Shown: positions 24,489-39,012 of the stretch, piece after piece
Layout: each line of letters begins with the position of its first letter
How positions within the stretch are numbered: the stretch's first letter is position 1
NCBI RefSeq assembly: GCF_018350175.1
Contig: NC_058368.1
Location: forward strand, 194,930,001 to 194,994,000
Direction: 5' to 3'
Source of the DNA: Felis catus
Taxonomy: Eukaryota
DNA: 64,000 nt
Program-made: the position numbers and the translations under genes
Notes under the pieces: generated by a model
What the model was told of the DNA's origin: nothing
The model's database searches: none
What the model saw: the letters and a program-made list of their open reading frames with translations, nothing else

Positions 24489-27400
24489 GCTGCCTGCATT
24501 ATGGAGATACATAAAATAGAGCAGAAGAGTTAGTGGACGGAAGGTTATGCAGAGGAACAGACCAGAAGCAACGATAAGGAGTATGAAAGATCCCTAGAGA
24601 TTCCGACTTCCCTAAGGGCAGGGGAAGAGCCAGATGGAATCTCAATGTTCCTTCCAGCTCCAAGGATCCAAGATTTTATCTTACTGCACAAGAGAATCAT
24701 ATTCAAATACATGTGCTTTCTCACCCAGATAAGGGGTCTCGTTTTTGTTTTTTTTCCTAGGAAGCAGGTATAGCTGTGAGAGGTAGGACAGGAAGGGGGA
24801 AGGATGTCTTGTGCATCAGACTCTGGGGAGAACTGGGCTCAGAGCATGCCAACTCTGACATTCTGTTCCCAAGGGTGCTTAGCAGATCATGAAGTGAGAG
24901 TAATAAAATGTCAGGCACTCTCTGGCCAGCCTAAGCCCCTTACTGCAATCAAATAAAATTGGAATTGCACAGCTGGCCATGAGAAGCCAGATGTTGGCCT
25001 AAGGATGCAAGCCAGGAAAGCTGAGGGTGACCGACAGGACCCACGCTGTGCAGTGACCCCCAAGTTCCCGGATGTCAGAGGCAGGGACACGAAACTGGAC
25101 CAGTCCATAAGGACAGAAAGTGCCAGCCCCATTTCTTCCCAGGAGCCTAGGACACAGAGCCAACCGCACCACCTCTCCCCATTCCTATCCCGAGGAGGGC
25201 CCACCGGTGGAAGAAGGCTTCCCTCCACAGGTGCAACATGGGCAATGGCAAATGTTGGAGCTTTCTAAAGGTGCAGAGGCTAAAATTCATAAAACCCAGA
25301 AAAATTCTCTGATTCATGTCCCCACCTCCCCCGAAATACTGCCTTCCTCCTCCGAACCACCACAGCAGTCCGATTATGCCACCTACGCTGGGTGGCCACC
25401 TTCGATAACTGTTTATGTGCTTAATCTATTCCATCTGCTCAACAATGAACAACAAGAGGGCAAAGGCCAGTCATCAACAAATGATTATTGATTGCTACCA
25501 CATGCCAAGCACTGAATAAGACAGACACAAACTCTGCCCACGTGGAGTGCTTTTTCTGTAGGCAGTGACATGTTCACCTGCACGCCTCCATAGTACCTTA
25601 CGCATATGGTGGGTGCTCAATTAATCAGAAGGGTTGGAGGATTTCAGAGCAAGCGGGCCTGCAAAACTAAGACAACCTAGCACTCCACAGTCTAGTCCCT
25701 TGGCAGACAGATGACCCATCCTGCTACCTTCCCTGCTGGGTCAAGCCCCAGAGCTGTTCTCTGAGCAGCCACCACCAGTTGGATGGAGTGGGTACTCAAC
25801 ATACAACTGTTCGTTGTGCCTCATCTAATGCGAAACTGCCATTTCACAGATGAAGAAACTGAGGGCCATGTAAGACAAAGAATTAGCCCAAGATAACGTG
25901 GTTAGAGACGGAACTACGACTATACCCATGCTCCCCAGCTCTCACCTTACTGTTTTCCTCTGTTCCACAGTGACCTTTAAAACCCTGTAGTAAGTAAATG
26001 CCCATGGAAATACAGAACAGACTTTCCAACAACTTTTGACTAGTTGACCAGGTGCTTTCTGCACAGAATAAACAGCAGCTCATTGGATAACCTCCCTGCC
26101 AAAGCAAAGGAGATAGAACTCTGACCCAAGTCAGAGGACAAGTTGCCTGGAAACTAAGTCAGACACCCCTCATTCAGAGATGTTTTTGGAGGGCCCATTT
26201 CTGAAGCTTGGCCAGGCTGCAATTCAGTATAACCAGCTGAGAAATCAGGATGGATTATTTCTACTATAAAGGGATTAAGGGATGGAATTCTTCCCTAAAC
26301 TTTTAAACCCACCTGTAAGCACACAGACCAGGGTGTCCAATCCCTACTATTCCCAACCTCCTCACCTCTTATCACTGTTCTCTCTCTCTCTCTCTCTCTC
26401 TCTCCCTCCCTCTCCCTCCTTCCCTCCCTTTCTCTCTCCCTCCCCCTCATTTCCTCCCTCACACACACTAAATGTCTTTCAGTTCTCCAAGTCCTCTCTC
26501 ACCTCTAGACTGGATACATGCTGTTCCTTCTACTCAAAACACTCTTCCTCTCATATTTCTTCTAGGCCAACTCTACACCCAGCCTTCAAGTTCTACTGTA
26601 AAAACCACTTTCCCCACAAAGCCTCTTGGAAAGCCCTCGCCTTGCATTAAGTGAGGTTGCATGCCTGTCCCCTGTGTTCACTGAATCCCTCGCTCCTAGC
26701 GCTGGCCAAACCTCAGACACCTTTACTTGCACATTTTCCTCTCCCCATTTCACTCCCCTCCCCTCCCAGGCTGCACCTGCAACTTCTCCTCCAGCCCTGA
26801 GCACCTCTCCCTTGGCTGTCCTCTGCCCCTCGTCTTGTCCTTCCTCCCCTTATCCCACCCGTGACTTCCCGACCGACTCCTCTGTGCGTGTTGAACCAAG
26901 GAGACGGAATCTGTCGAGGGGGCTCCCTCTGCTAACCCAGAATGGTTCCTGGTGCTGTGGTGCCTCACAGGGTGAAATTGAAGTTGTTTCTCCCCAGTAT
27001 GGCTGCCAACCCCAGCTCATTTGAAATTCAGATTGACAGCTCCCTATGGATTCCCTATGTCCAATTGATGTTGCAACAGGAGGAGGAGAACCTGAACATT
27101 GATCTGGCCTTTCTACCAACAAATCCCTGAAAAATGAATCGTTCCACTGGAGAAAAATCTCGAGACTGGATTGGGAAGAACAAAGACACAAACACACTCA
27201 CGTTCCCCCCAAAAGATTCCAGACAAATGCAGATCCCAAGACCAGATGTGTATAAAAGGGGGGGGGGGGGGAGGGAATATGACAGACTAATAAAATGATG
27301 CACTAGGGCCAGAAGGACTCTTAGAGATTATTCTAACCCCCTTATTTTATAGTTTGGGAAACTGAAAGCCTCAAAGGGAAGTGACACCCTGAAGGTCACA

Positions 27401-29545
27401 GAACCCCCACTTCACCGGGTCACTCTGCCTCCATTCCCCCTGACCCCCAGCTTGGACGCCTACTCCTGGATCTTTCCATGGTCCATTTCATTAGGAGTCA
27501 AAACTGAGGTCCTTTAAGTACCACAGTCTCCCAGTATGACGAATCCCCTGGCTAAAAGGTGATAGTTTAACGCTCTTTCCAGTTGGTGTGGCTTTTGCCA
27601 TAAAGCCTTCTCAGAGAGGGGCAGAACACTTGGTCCCAGAAGACCTCACTGTCTTTCTGAAATTACTATTAATCAAATCTGTCTAAACTGAGTCTGATTC
27701 ACTGCATTACATTGCAGTAAATCCCTGGAACAATTTGCATCATTTCCAAATACTCTTATAGGGTCAGCAAATCCTAACAATCAAATGTTTCATTTCTCGG
27801 ATTCATTCCCAGCTTCTCTGTTCAGTAGCTCACAGTCTATAAGCAAAGGTTCAAGTTCACCAGGGGTAGTGGTTCTAAAGGTGCACCAAGGGCTTCTTGA
27901 TGTGTGGATTTACTATAGGGGGCCCTTGAACTAATTCTGTGCAAAATGTGCTTTCTAAATATAGACCGAAATGTCCATTGATTATCAAGTGGAGGGGCAT
28001 GGCTATCTTGACATTCAAATAGAGACTTTGTATTTGAAAAAGAATTAGGGAAATTTGGGTCTAGGGCGGTAAGAAAAGGGGGCGGTGCTTGAGGGTGGTT
28101 CACACATAATACAGGTGAATTATTGTTGAGAAATTTTTCTTTCAGTTCTTCTCATTATCTCGAGAAGAAAGTCTCAATCAGGTGTTAACATGTCTCCAAC
28201 CTTTTCCCAACATTCACTGGTCTTCCCTGAGGCTTGGGGCAAGCTCGGGCTCCGAGCTTGTGTTGGTAAGCCACATCATGCAGCTAGAATTTTAGACTTC
28301 TCTTTTGGTTTTGTCTTCACTGTTCTCACCGTGGTGGTTGCATCTATTATGGCAAACAATACTGCTTTTTCATCTGTAAGCCGTGACTATATAAAGTTCT
28401 GTTTTTAAAAAGAGCAAGTTTGAAAGAAGCGAGGCAATTTAAGGAAACATTGTAACTGACTAGCAGAGGTGGTATAGAAACAAGGCAAAAAAAAAAACCC
28501 ATATTTTTGATACCCAAAAGAACCCACTGGTACATGATACACGGTCAAGCTGGGACTCACAAATCTCAAAATGTCACAGAATTCCGCTGCGACTCACTTG
28601 ACAAAACAGATGGCATGGTGGTAATCCACGACTGTTTCTCCTCCGTTTTTCAGTGTGGCAACCTCGGTTGTGGGTATCAGAATGGCTGGAAGTCAGACTC
28701 GTGTTTTGAAGTTTCTGCATGTCACAGAATGTAACAAGCTTCAAAAACAAATAGGAGTAATGGCAGCCATCACCCGTGGCACTCCTCCCAATTTATAAGC
28801 CTTTCCCATACACTGTAGACTTTAGATGAAGCGACCCTTAAAAAAAATCTGAGTTCTAAACCCTTCTCTCATTAAAGTGCTGTGTGACCCAGGGCCAGTT
28901 ACTTAACCTCTCGGAGTCTCCACGCTCTCAAGTTCAGGTCCGCATGCCAGGGCTTTTAGTGAGTCACCTGCCAGGTAGCCAGGCTGAAATGCTGTACAGC
29001 AGACATGGGAGCTAGGAGAACCAGAACACTCTTCAGCTTGGGGAGGATTCGGGTATTAAATGGCACATTTTGCTACCAGCAAATGGTAGGGGATAATTTG
29101 GGGCGAATTCATTCTCTCACTCTACGGCATAATAGGATTCAGGATTATGAAAGAGGCCTAAGGGCCAAGAGGGGGCTGGTGCTCTAGTAGCTGCTGGGAG
29201 GGAGTACTGTGTTCCCAAATCTTATTATCTGAGAGGAGGGGCAGGAGAGAGAACAGGAGCTCATGAAAGCTTCATAACCACCACTCCTAGAGAGGTTCTA
29301 GAAGTGAATTATAGCAGCAGAAAAGTCATAAATCACCAGTTGTGCGCCTGTGGTCCCCTTTGCTCACACCACAGCCACAGAGCATCCAGGAGTCTGGTGT
29401 TGAACGGAGAAAAGGCTGGGACTGTGGTACTGACCGAGGGCCACGGAAGGCATCTGGCAGGACTTCCCAGCCACGCGGGGCCTGTGGTGCGGCTGAAAGC
29501 GGCACTGAGACCAGAAGAAGCCCCCAGACTGACTCTGAACTGCTT

Positions 29546-29548
<3 letters not shown>

Positions 29549-29589
<41 letters not shown>
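29549..29589. repeat. (CA)n microsatellite
   Basis: About 20 perfect AC units. Confidence 0.97.
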
Positions 29590-29592
<3 letters not shown>

Positions 29593-30987
29593 CAAGGCAA
29601 GAGCAAGCCAATATATTGAGTGCCCACTATGTTCCAAGAACTGTCCTAGGTGTTTTTGAGCTGTGCCTTCTCAGTTACTCCTTGTGTAAAACTAACGTGA
29701 CCTGAGGCAACTGACTGAAGTTCCGAGAGGTTCAGTAACTTCCTCAAGGCCACACAGCTTATAAATAAGTGAGACAGAATAAATTCCAGTCGTCCGTTCT
29801 TTCCTCTTTTCTTGCACTATTCTGTACTATCTCTCACATTTCAGAAACACATACATGCACTACACATGCCACATCTATACATCCACTAAAGCATTCGACA
29901 CATTCACACCCCATACCCCACATCCACACAGACTAACGCCATGCTTAACACACTGTCACATGAACGTCAGTGTTCATCTGGTTGCACACACATATCCATG
30001 TAACACAATCCACTGTGCATACACAGACACCTCCATCACACCCGAACCCCCGCACACGTCCATGCACATCTCCCCACTTGTACACATCACATCCAGAAAC
30101 CTGCCCACATCACACCAACTCACAAACATCCATGCACACAAAACCAGTAAAATGCATTTGTCCTTCACCCTGTCAATCAAAACTAGTTCTTCACTATATG
30201 GATGAGGGGATCTACTAAATAGGAGTGTCTAAATAATCCAGAAATACCCTCTGAACCTGCAAAGGAATACCAGATTGCTTTCAGTATTCTTCATCGCTGG
30301 AGATAATAGTCTAATGATTTTAAAGTTGTTAATCCATATATGAATATTTATGAATACCCTATTAGCCAGAATATTTGATTAATTAAAGTAGCATATTATT
30401 CATTCATTCATTCACTGTACAATTACTAGGTACCAATTATGCTTGAGACACCATGGTAGACACAGTAGGGGATTAAAAGAACAAATAAACGATAAATGAA
30501 AACACCATGATTCCCCGTCTTCAAAGACAAACACAAGTAACTATATTACAAGGTAACATGGTCCGGAACCTGATAAGGGAGGGATGTGAGAGGAAAGGAC
30601 ACAAGGAGATATGATGGCTCTGAAGATTCTGGACCTGGAGAATAGGGACCTGAAGCTTCTGGACCTGTGCCGTCCGGGGAGCAGTGGTCTGGAGGAGCAA
30701 GTTCAGAGAGGAAGCCGTGGCATTGAGGTTGGGAGATGAATTTGCGGCACAGGCAGGACAGCTAGGTAGACGAGCCCTGCGGGTGTTTGCAAATGAGGAA
30801 AGGGGGCTTCCGGGAGCAGCCAGGTGGAGACACAGATGTGAGAATCATCCATTAGAGGTGATCACTTAAACCGTTACAACTGTGAGATCAGAAACAAGCC
30901 AAGGCGAAGAACGAGAGAGGTTGAGTGCAGATCCTTGGGGAACGCAATGTCGTACTTGGCTGGGTGACAGAAGCTCCCATCTTACAC

Positions 30988-30988
<1 letters not shown>

Positions 30989-31026
<38 letters not shown>
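30989..31026. repeat. (CA)n microsatellite
   Basis: About 19 perfect AC units followed by gtgcgtgcgc. Confidence 0.97.
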
Positions 31027-31031
<5 letters not shown>

Positions 31032-31928
31032 TGCGCACTCTCATCTATGCATTCACCTCCTCAACGTACCTGCTCCCCAGCACTACACGATAGGGCTGCG
31101 TTTGCTCCCAGCTCTCTCCTGGTGTAATTTCAAGACTAGGAAAGCTCAGTTGCCCAAAGCAACCCAAGTGATTGTTCTTTAACCCTTCAGCTGCCAATCT
31201 TGACTTTTCTAGAAATCTGTACACCTTTGAGCGTGTGGCAGGGGGACAGCAGCCACTGTTGTCAGATGTCAGTAGTTCATGCTATGGCTTGAATGAGAAC
31301 CTGAAACCACTTTGTCGCATAGGAATGGGGGTGGGGTGGGGACAGAAACACTGTGAAGCATCCCACAGTCTGATCTGAAATCCCCCAGTCTTGAGGCACC
31401 AAGGCAGACTAACTTACTCTGAGACCTATGTCGGTCTCTTCCAGTAACTGCCTCAATTCTCCCAACCGAGCATTTTCTAAGGTGTATGTTTCATGAGATG
31501 GTAGTCCCATACGGATAGGCTTCTAAGCTTGTTAAAGCTTCTGAGAAGACTCCAGGTACAGATGCCTGATTAAATTTCTGTTCCCAAATGCATTTGACTT
31601 GGGCAACATTATTTTTTAATTAGTGACTCTGACTCTGAAGAGAGACGCTGGGGAAAGGCTGGACTATTAGGTCTCTGAGATTCCGTCTGGTGGTGCTATT
31701 CCCCAGGAACACCTAGAAGAATGCAGGGGCCTAAAATACAGAGCTGGACCTGGTGGGAAGTTAACCCTTCAGTCTCCTCCCCAGGGAGGCCCGGCAGCCA
31801 TGACTGCTCAAAACCTCAGCCTGAAGACAAGGCAGCTTCTCAGCAGCAGACACCCAGCTGCCTGCCAGGATCCCACATTGGTGGATATCTGGCCGAGTAA
31901 ACCACAGAAGCTGGCCTTTCCTCTTTAA

Positions 31929-32444
<516 letters not shown>

Positions 32445-34341
32445 TGACAAATGCGGGGAAATGGGTTCACGTTTTGTTTCAGGCACAGACTTTACACTCT
32501 GAACTTGGATAAGCCTCTTCCTGTCCCTGGGCCTCAGTTTCCTCATCTCTGCGGTGATAGAGTTGGCTGGATCTGTGGTTTTTATAAACTACGTTCCACG
32601 GAGCCCTCAGGCTTTTCCCACCATGTGCCCCAAAAAGGAGCAGGGGGCATAGCGAGCAAGCCCACCCTTGCTTCCCCCCACAGGCAGCTCTGGTTGTATT
32701 TGTTTCAGAGAAGAAACTTCCAGCTAAAATGCATCTGCTGAAAGTTCCCAGGGATTGCTATATAATTTTGAGATGTTCTAGCCTAACTCAGAGTCATGAT
32801 TTCAAATGGCCACAGGGACTGGGCAGGTTACTTAAATGAGTGAGGTGAGCCAAGAGGAAGGCCAAAGGGAGTTGTAGCGATTCTGGAGAAATAGAGGTGC
32901 AGGCCTCTCTGAAGCGGGCGGCCTCTCCCCAGCCCCAGCCCCAGCCCATAATTACCTGCAGGAATGAGGGAGGGCCCCATGTCACCAGATCATCCAGTAG
33001 TCTAAGAAGAGCCAGAAATCAAGATTTATGCAAAATGTCCTGATTCCTAAAACATGTGAATTCAAACAGAACATGTTTGCAAGCCAGATACGCTGGGGGG
33101 TGGGGGTGCAATTTACAAATCCTCACCAAACTGATCTGGAAAGCTTCTTTTCACTCTCAGAGTCCTCTGAGATCTTAACGTCTGTTACAAGAGGAAGCCA
33201 GCTCCCTTTGTCCATGGATGCCCTGGGAAGTTGTGGCCATCTCAAACTACTGAACAGAGTTCTGCAGGTGTGGTCCTTAAGGGGCTCCCTGTGCACGCCC
33301 GCCTTCCTCCCGGTACCCCTGCTGAAATCTTATTTCGAGGACCAACTGCCAGCCTCCTAATCAATTCTTGATTCCAAATGCCCTTCCGCACTGTTCCTTT
33401 TGGCTCAAGTGCAAGACCAAACAAGGGATGTGACAGCGGATAACAGCTTCCTAATATTTGCTCACTTCGCTCGCCATTCTCCAAGTACCCTTCTCACAGT
33501 GCTCTGCAAGTGGGGTCGGTTGTTTGGGGCCCACTTCCCACTCCTGTTTACCGTGAGGCTCCCCTGGCACCTTCTCTGAGGCCATACCTTCCAGCATCAT
33601 TTAGCATGACCTTGCCTCCCTCAGGGACAGGTAAGTCAGGACCAAGGTCGTGGCCACAGGGTCTGGGCCCAAGCCCTTCACCAGGGTCACAATTTCAAAC
33701 GCCCAAGGGGATCAGGTATGGCACATGAGTAAAGCAGGATGGGGAGAAGGAAAGAAAACCAGTAAGCACAAGTTCACCTAAGAGCAGCCATTTCTCAGGT
33801 CCTAACAGTAGCTGCCAGGTAGGAATGCAGGCCCTGGGCAGCAGGCCTTCCAAGAGAAGACTTGAGGCTGGAGTTTGCTGTCAAATCGTCCAAGTTGGCA
33901 GCTAAATCACATCTTTTAGGAACACCATTGGCCAAACCGAATACATTACAGACCTGACCACCAGGTTGCCTCCGTCGCCGCTGGTGGTTTTCGGGAATTC
34001 CAGCCCAGCATGCCCCCTGGTGGGCTCTCTTGGAACTCCATCCTGAGTGCCCTGGGCTAGCTCTCCTAAGGAGGAAAGCGTGTGTTGGACGTGTATGCAT
34101 CCAGAGTACAGGTGTTAGCTTTCCTTTATGCATAGCACTGTACGTGGCACGTAGATGGCCCTGGATAAACCTTTCAAAAATGAATGAATGAAACAAAATA
34201 TATGCTAAGGCTTAGAGCATCCCAAGGGATGCTGTCAAGACTTCAACTCAGCTACGTTTACTCAATTCTTTGTCTAATGCTAGCAATTTATTTGTGTATT
34301 CACTCATTTATTTACTTATTTGCCTATCAATGGACATTTTT

Positions 34342-34790
34342 TTTAATTTTTTTAACGTTTATTTATTTTTTTTTAATTTTTTTTTCAACGTTTATTTATT
34401 TTTGGGACAGAGAGAGACAGAGCATGAATGGGGGAGGGGCAGAGAGAGAGGGAGACATAGAATCGGAAACAGGCTCCAGGCTCCGAGCCATCAGCCCAGA
34501 GCCTGACGCGGGGCTCGAACTCTCGGACCGCGAGATCGTGACCTGGCTGAAGTTGGACGTTTAATTGACTGCGCCACCCAGGCGCCCCTAACGTTTATTT
34601 ATTTTTGAGACAGAGAGAGACAGAGCATGAAAGGGGGAGGGCCAGAGAGAGGGAGACACAGAAACTGAAACAGGCTCCAGGCTCTGAGCTGTCAGCACAG
34701 AGCCTGACGCCAGGCTCGAACTCATGGGCCACAAGATCATGACCTGAGCCGAAGTCGGCCACTTAACCGACTGAGCCACCCAGGCGCCCC
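34342..34790 (-). mobile_element. Nested CAN-SINE pair: a young SINE (34371-34588) inside the tail of an older SINE
   Basis: Outer TSD tatcaatggacattttt at 34325-34341 and 34791-34807. Inner TSD taacgtttatttattttt at 34353-34370 and 34589-34606. Confidence 0.96.
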
Positions 34791-34849
34791 TATCAATGGA
34801 CATTTTTAAGGAGTAAAATTTCACCCAGACTATAAAACTATTGAATCAG

Positions 34850-34980
34850 CTGAGAACAAACTGAGGGGTGATGGGGGGGGAGGGGAAAGTGGGTGATGGG
34901 CATTGAGGAGGGCACCTGTTGGGATGAGCACTGGGTGTTGTATGGAAACCAATTTGACAACAGATTATATTAAAAAAAAA
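34850..34980 (+). mobile_element. Felid L1, 5'-truncated (3' UTR end only, about 130 bp)
   Basis: ctgagaacaaactgagg...gggtgatgggcattgaggagggcacctgttgggatgagcactgggtgttgtatggaaaccaatttgacaa plus an A tail, closely matching 62773-62890. TSD aaaactattgaatca / aaaattattgaatca. Confidence 0.93.
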
Positions 34981-36278
34981 ATTATTGAATCAAGCAGGGC
35001 CCTTCTCCTCCCCAGTCTGAGAGCCTTACTTTGAATATCTGGGCCCCAAATCTACAGGACTAGAAAATGTCTTAGACTTTTTCCAAACCTGCAGTGTCTC
35101 TCCCCCCTTCAGTCTCCTCCAAGTTGGGGGAGGAGAGAGAGCACCCCTCTCCCCACCTCCCCTTCCCAAGAACTAGGAGGCAAGGTTTCTCCACTCTCCC
35201 TTGTGGTGAGAGCTGAAACATTGGCATGAAGTGTCCCCTGCCCCCGAGCCCCATGGTCCCTTCACACTCCCACTCAGGCACAAAGAAGATTCCCCACAGC
35301 CCCATACAAACCACAGAGCTCCTGAAGAGGCCATGTAGATAAGGCCCCTGTGACCCTAACACAAGAGGAAGAGGCCTGCATTGTTTGAAAACTGCACAGA
35401 GTGATTAATCACTCAGCAGTCTCCTTCAAGCACCAGAAATTTTGCCTGCTCCTGAATCTCCTGAAGGCAGGGGTGGCTGGGAACAGCAGGCTGAGTCTGC
35501 AGAACACCGTGGCAATGCAAAGCGTTATATGGAAGTACAGAGCACTAATATCGGAGTCCACGCTACCGACCCGATAGCGTGACCCGGAGAGAATCACTTG
35601 ACATGTCTGCGCCTGTTTCTGCATCTGTAAAATGATCCAGTAGGACCTAGGCCCTTCCAGCTCTGGTGTTCTGTATCTTCTCTAAGACTCTGTGTAGGAT
35701 AATGGCTCCCAGGATCAGGGGCACAGCCTAATACAAACACATACACAAAAGCAAATTAAACTTTAATATTTAATGAAATATATACATTATCCTGCTGCCA
35801 AAGGCAGCCAGATTGTAATTTTCTCAAGGATAATTTGATTTCAGATTTATATCAATGAACCGCACCTCCCCCATGGGGTCCCTTCGGCTGGTACCCTCTC
35901 ACACACATAAATCAGGATCTAATTTGTATGGGAGTCACAGCACCACACACTTGCAGGGCCTGGGTGGGGGCTCTGGGTGTGTCATTTCAAGGCATGGGCA
36001 GTAACTTTGGGGGGCATCTTAATGGTATGAGACTGAATGAAAAGAAAAGCCCGGTCTGAGTCTAAATGAGGACCAAAAAAAAAAAAAAAAAAAAAAAATT
36101 AATGGGTCTTCGTTGAAGTGGTAGTGACAAGGAGGCAGGCTTCCTCTCAGCATAAGGGAAATTTTTTAGCAGACAGAAGTACCCAACTATGGAAAGGGCT
36201 GCTCAAGACAAAATGAGTTCCCCAGTACTGGAAGTGTTCAAGTGCTCAGCCTCGAATGGGTAGCTGGTGCCACCATAG

Positions 36279-36450
36279 CAATGGTTCCTAACCTTGGCTG
36301 TACATGGGAATCACCCAAGTTAGCTTGTTAAATAAGAGTGTCTGGGCTAATCTCCAGGGCTTTGGGTTCACTGGGTCTGGGGTCGGGCTGAGGGATCTGC
36401 AGTTTAACCAGTTCCCCAGGTGATTCTGCTGCAGACAGCAGGCTGGGAAG
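36279..36450. mobile_element. MER5-family hAT-Charlie remnant
   Basis: caatggttcctaaccttggctgtacatgggaatcacc...ggtctggggtcggg...ccccaggtgattctg. Confidence 0.75.
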
Positions 36451-37354
36451 GAATTGATTAGGTGACCTTTAAGAAACCTTCCAGGCCTGAAATCCTGTAA
36501 CCTTGTAATGCAAATGGAGAGCTTCCTTAAAGGAATTCCAAACCAAAGGAGCTCAGAGTGTCTACCCAGGTCAAGAGCTACTGTCCCAGACTGATGGGGA
36601 AATTGTTACCCAGAAACAGGAAAAGGCATGCCTAAATAAAGTAGCCAGTGCGTATTGGAGCTTTATCGAAAACCCAGGGAGACTGGCACTCCCTTGGAGG
36701 GAAAACCTGGATTCCCACCAAAGACTGAGTCCCTTCCTACACACCGAGATTTCTGAAAAGAAGGAAACTTTGGCTGAGTTTGGGAAAAATGTTTGGGCTA
36801 CTTTTTAAAGAGGGACAGAAGGGAGGGGGTAACAGAGGACACAAGGATTGTCTGCTTCCTTCTTTCCACAATCAGAAAACTTGGATTTGACCCCTGGCTC
36901 CACCACTTGCTGGCTAAATAAACCCAAGGAAGTTTATTAAAACTCTCTGCTCCACAGCAGGGACGATAAATTTTTTCCGGCTCCCACAGGACCTCATGGG
37001 GATCAAAAAGAAAGCAGACCTGAAAAAAATTCACAGATTGCACATTGCAATCTTCACGTGAAGGATTATGAGTTCTCATCCAAGTATTACCATTTTCAAG
37101 GTCAGCTCAAGGTTTATCACCTTCCTGAAGTCTTTCCTAATGACTTGCTCCCCAGCACCTCTCTCATACCTAGACCCCTATTGCTTATGGCAATCTTAAC
37201 CCGTAGTCTCACATTCCTCTCTGGTTATTTTATACTGGTCCCCTTGTCAGCTCATGTGAAAGCCCAGCGCTTAAAATCCTGGATTCTGCCACTCTGTAAC
37301 CTTAAGCATGCCCCTTCCTTTCCTCGAACCTCTTTCCTCCAAGTATAGAGAGCC

Positions 37355-37585
37355 ACCAGCTTTGGAATTAGATAAATCTGAAATCAAACCCTGGCTCCAC
37401 CATTTACTAGCTGTGTGGTCATGAACAGATAACCTCTCTAAGCCTCTGTTTCCTCATCTGCAAAATGGAGGTAATAACCATGTCTTCTTATGGAGTTGTC
37501 GAGAGGATGTAATGAGACAATATCAGTAACACTCTTAACACAGCAGCGAACCCTGTAATGCTCAGTAAATGGTAACTGCTACAAC
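37355..37585 (+). mobile_element. MIR SINE
   Basis: ccctggctccaccatttactagctgtgtg...aacctctctaagcctctgtttcctcatctgcaaaatggaggtaataa. Confidence 0.85.
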
Positions 37586-38206
37586 TAATACTATAAAATG
37601 AAGAGATTGGGCTTCAACTGGACAGAGGTCCCCTAGCAATGAGATCCCAAAGAGCAAATATCTCGCCATTTGTTTCCTATCCTTTTCAGTAGAATTCAGA
37701 AGCTTGCCTAGCAAGTATTTAACAAAGACTTATGGTCTTCCCTGGAGGTTCCCTCCGGATTCCTCAGCTGGTAATTCCCATCAACGCCCTTTCAGGCAAT
37801 CATTCTTGGTTCATAAGTTCAAGGCGAGGAACTTGCTGTTCCTGGCGATTCCCAAGATGGCCTCCAAATGTTGTAGCCGTAAATGCATTTCAGCCACAAA
37901 TTAGAAGACAGCCGATGGGGTTTGGGGAAGGGATTTCAACCATATGGCAGGATGATGAATCATCCTGTGTTAATGAAAGTACATCTCAGCTCAGCCTCTG
38001 GTGTTCTGTACCTGGTGCTCACTTGGGGACCAGGGAATCTGGCATAGCAATGTAGCTGGGAGTCCCAGCTGCTCAGGGGTGGGGTAGAGGGCAAGCAAGG
38101 GTCTCCACCACCAAGAGGGATCCATCCCTGGAGTCAATGTCCCAACAATGGGTCCTATCCTGTGGGTTTCTTCCTGACCATGGAGCTAAGCAGCAATCTC
38201 TCTTGA

Positions 38207-38494
<288 letters not shown>

Positions 38495-38756
38495 TGAAAA
38501 TGGTCAAAGAGCCAGCAAGGCTAAAACATGCCAAACACCCAGGATCACAGGAACAACATTATAGCAACAGGCTGAAGTTTTAGATGAAAAGAAAATACAA
38601 AGAGCTGCTTATAAGTTTACAGCTCAACTGTACAATAGCAGAAGACAGCTTATAGAAGCTGCAGTGGGTATACTGGGTTGATTCTACTCCTCTCTCTGCT
38701 TTTGTATGTCTTTCAAAATTCACATGGTAACAAGTTTAGAATAAGTCAACTATAAT

Positions 38757-39012
38757 GGGGGTGCCTGGGTGGTTCAGTGGTGTTAAGTGTCCAGCTCTTG
38801 ATTTCTACTCAGTTCATAATCTCACAGTTCATAGGTTCGAGCCCCACATCGGGCTCCGCACTGACAGCTGCGGAGGGAATCCCAGCTTGGGATTCTCTCT
38901 CTCCCCCTCTCTCTCTGCCCCTCCTCCTTGTGCACGCTCTAGCACATGTGCGCGCTCTCTCTCTCTCAAACTAAATAAATAAACAAAAATAAAATAAAAC
39001 AAAATGAAATAA
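38757..39012 (+). mobile_element. CAN-SINE about 475 bp downstream of exon 3
   Basis: gggggtgcctgggtgg...aggttcgagccccacatcggg...ctctcaaactaaataaataaac and an A-rich tail. Imperfect TSD ending ctata. Confidence 0.93.

Noticed and set aside
27251..27275. TATAAAAG followed by a G14 run as an internal promoter
   Set aside because: An isolated motif with no CpG island, downstream exon or other support.
30620..30667. Direct repeat ctgaagattctggacctg / ctgaagcttctggacctg (30-bp period); a similar 18-bp doublet lies at about 8305-8340
   Set aside because: Only two copies each. These are ordinary local slippage duplications, not an array or CRISPR-like structure.
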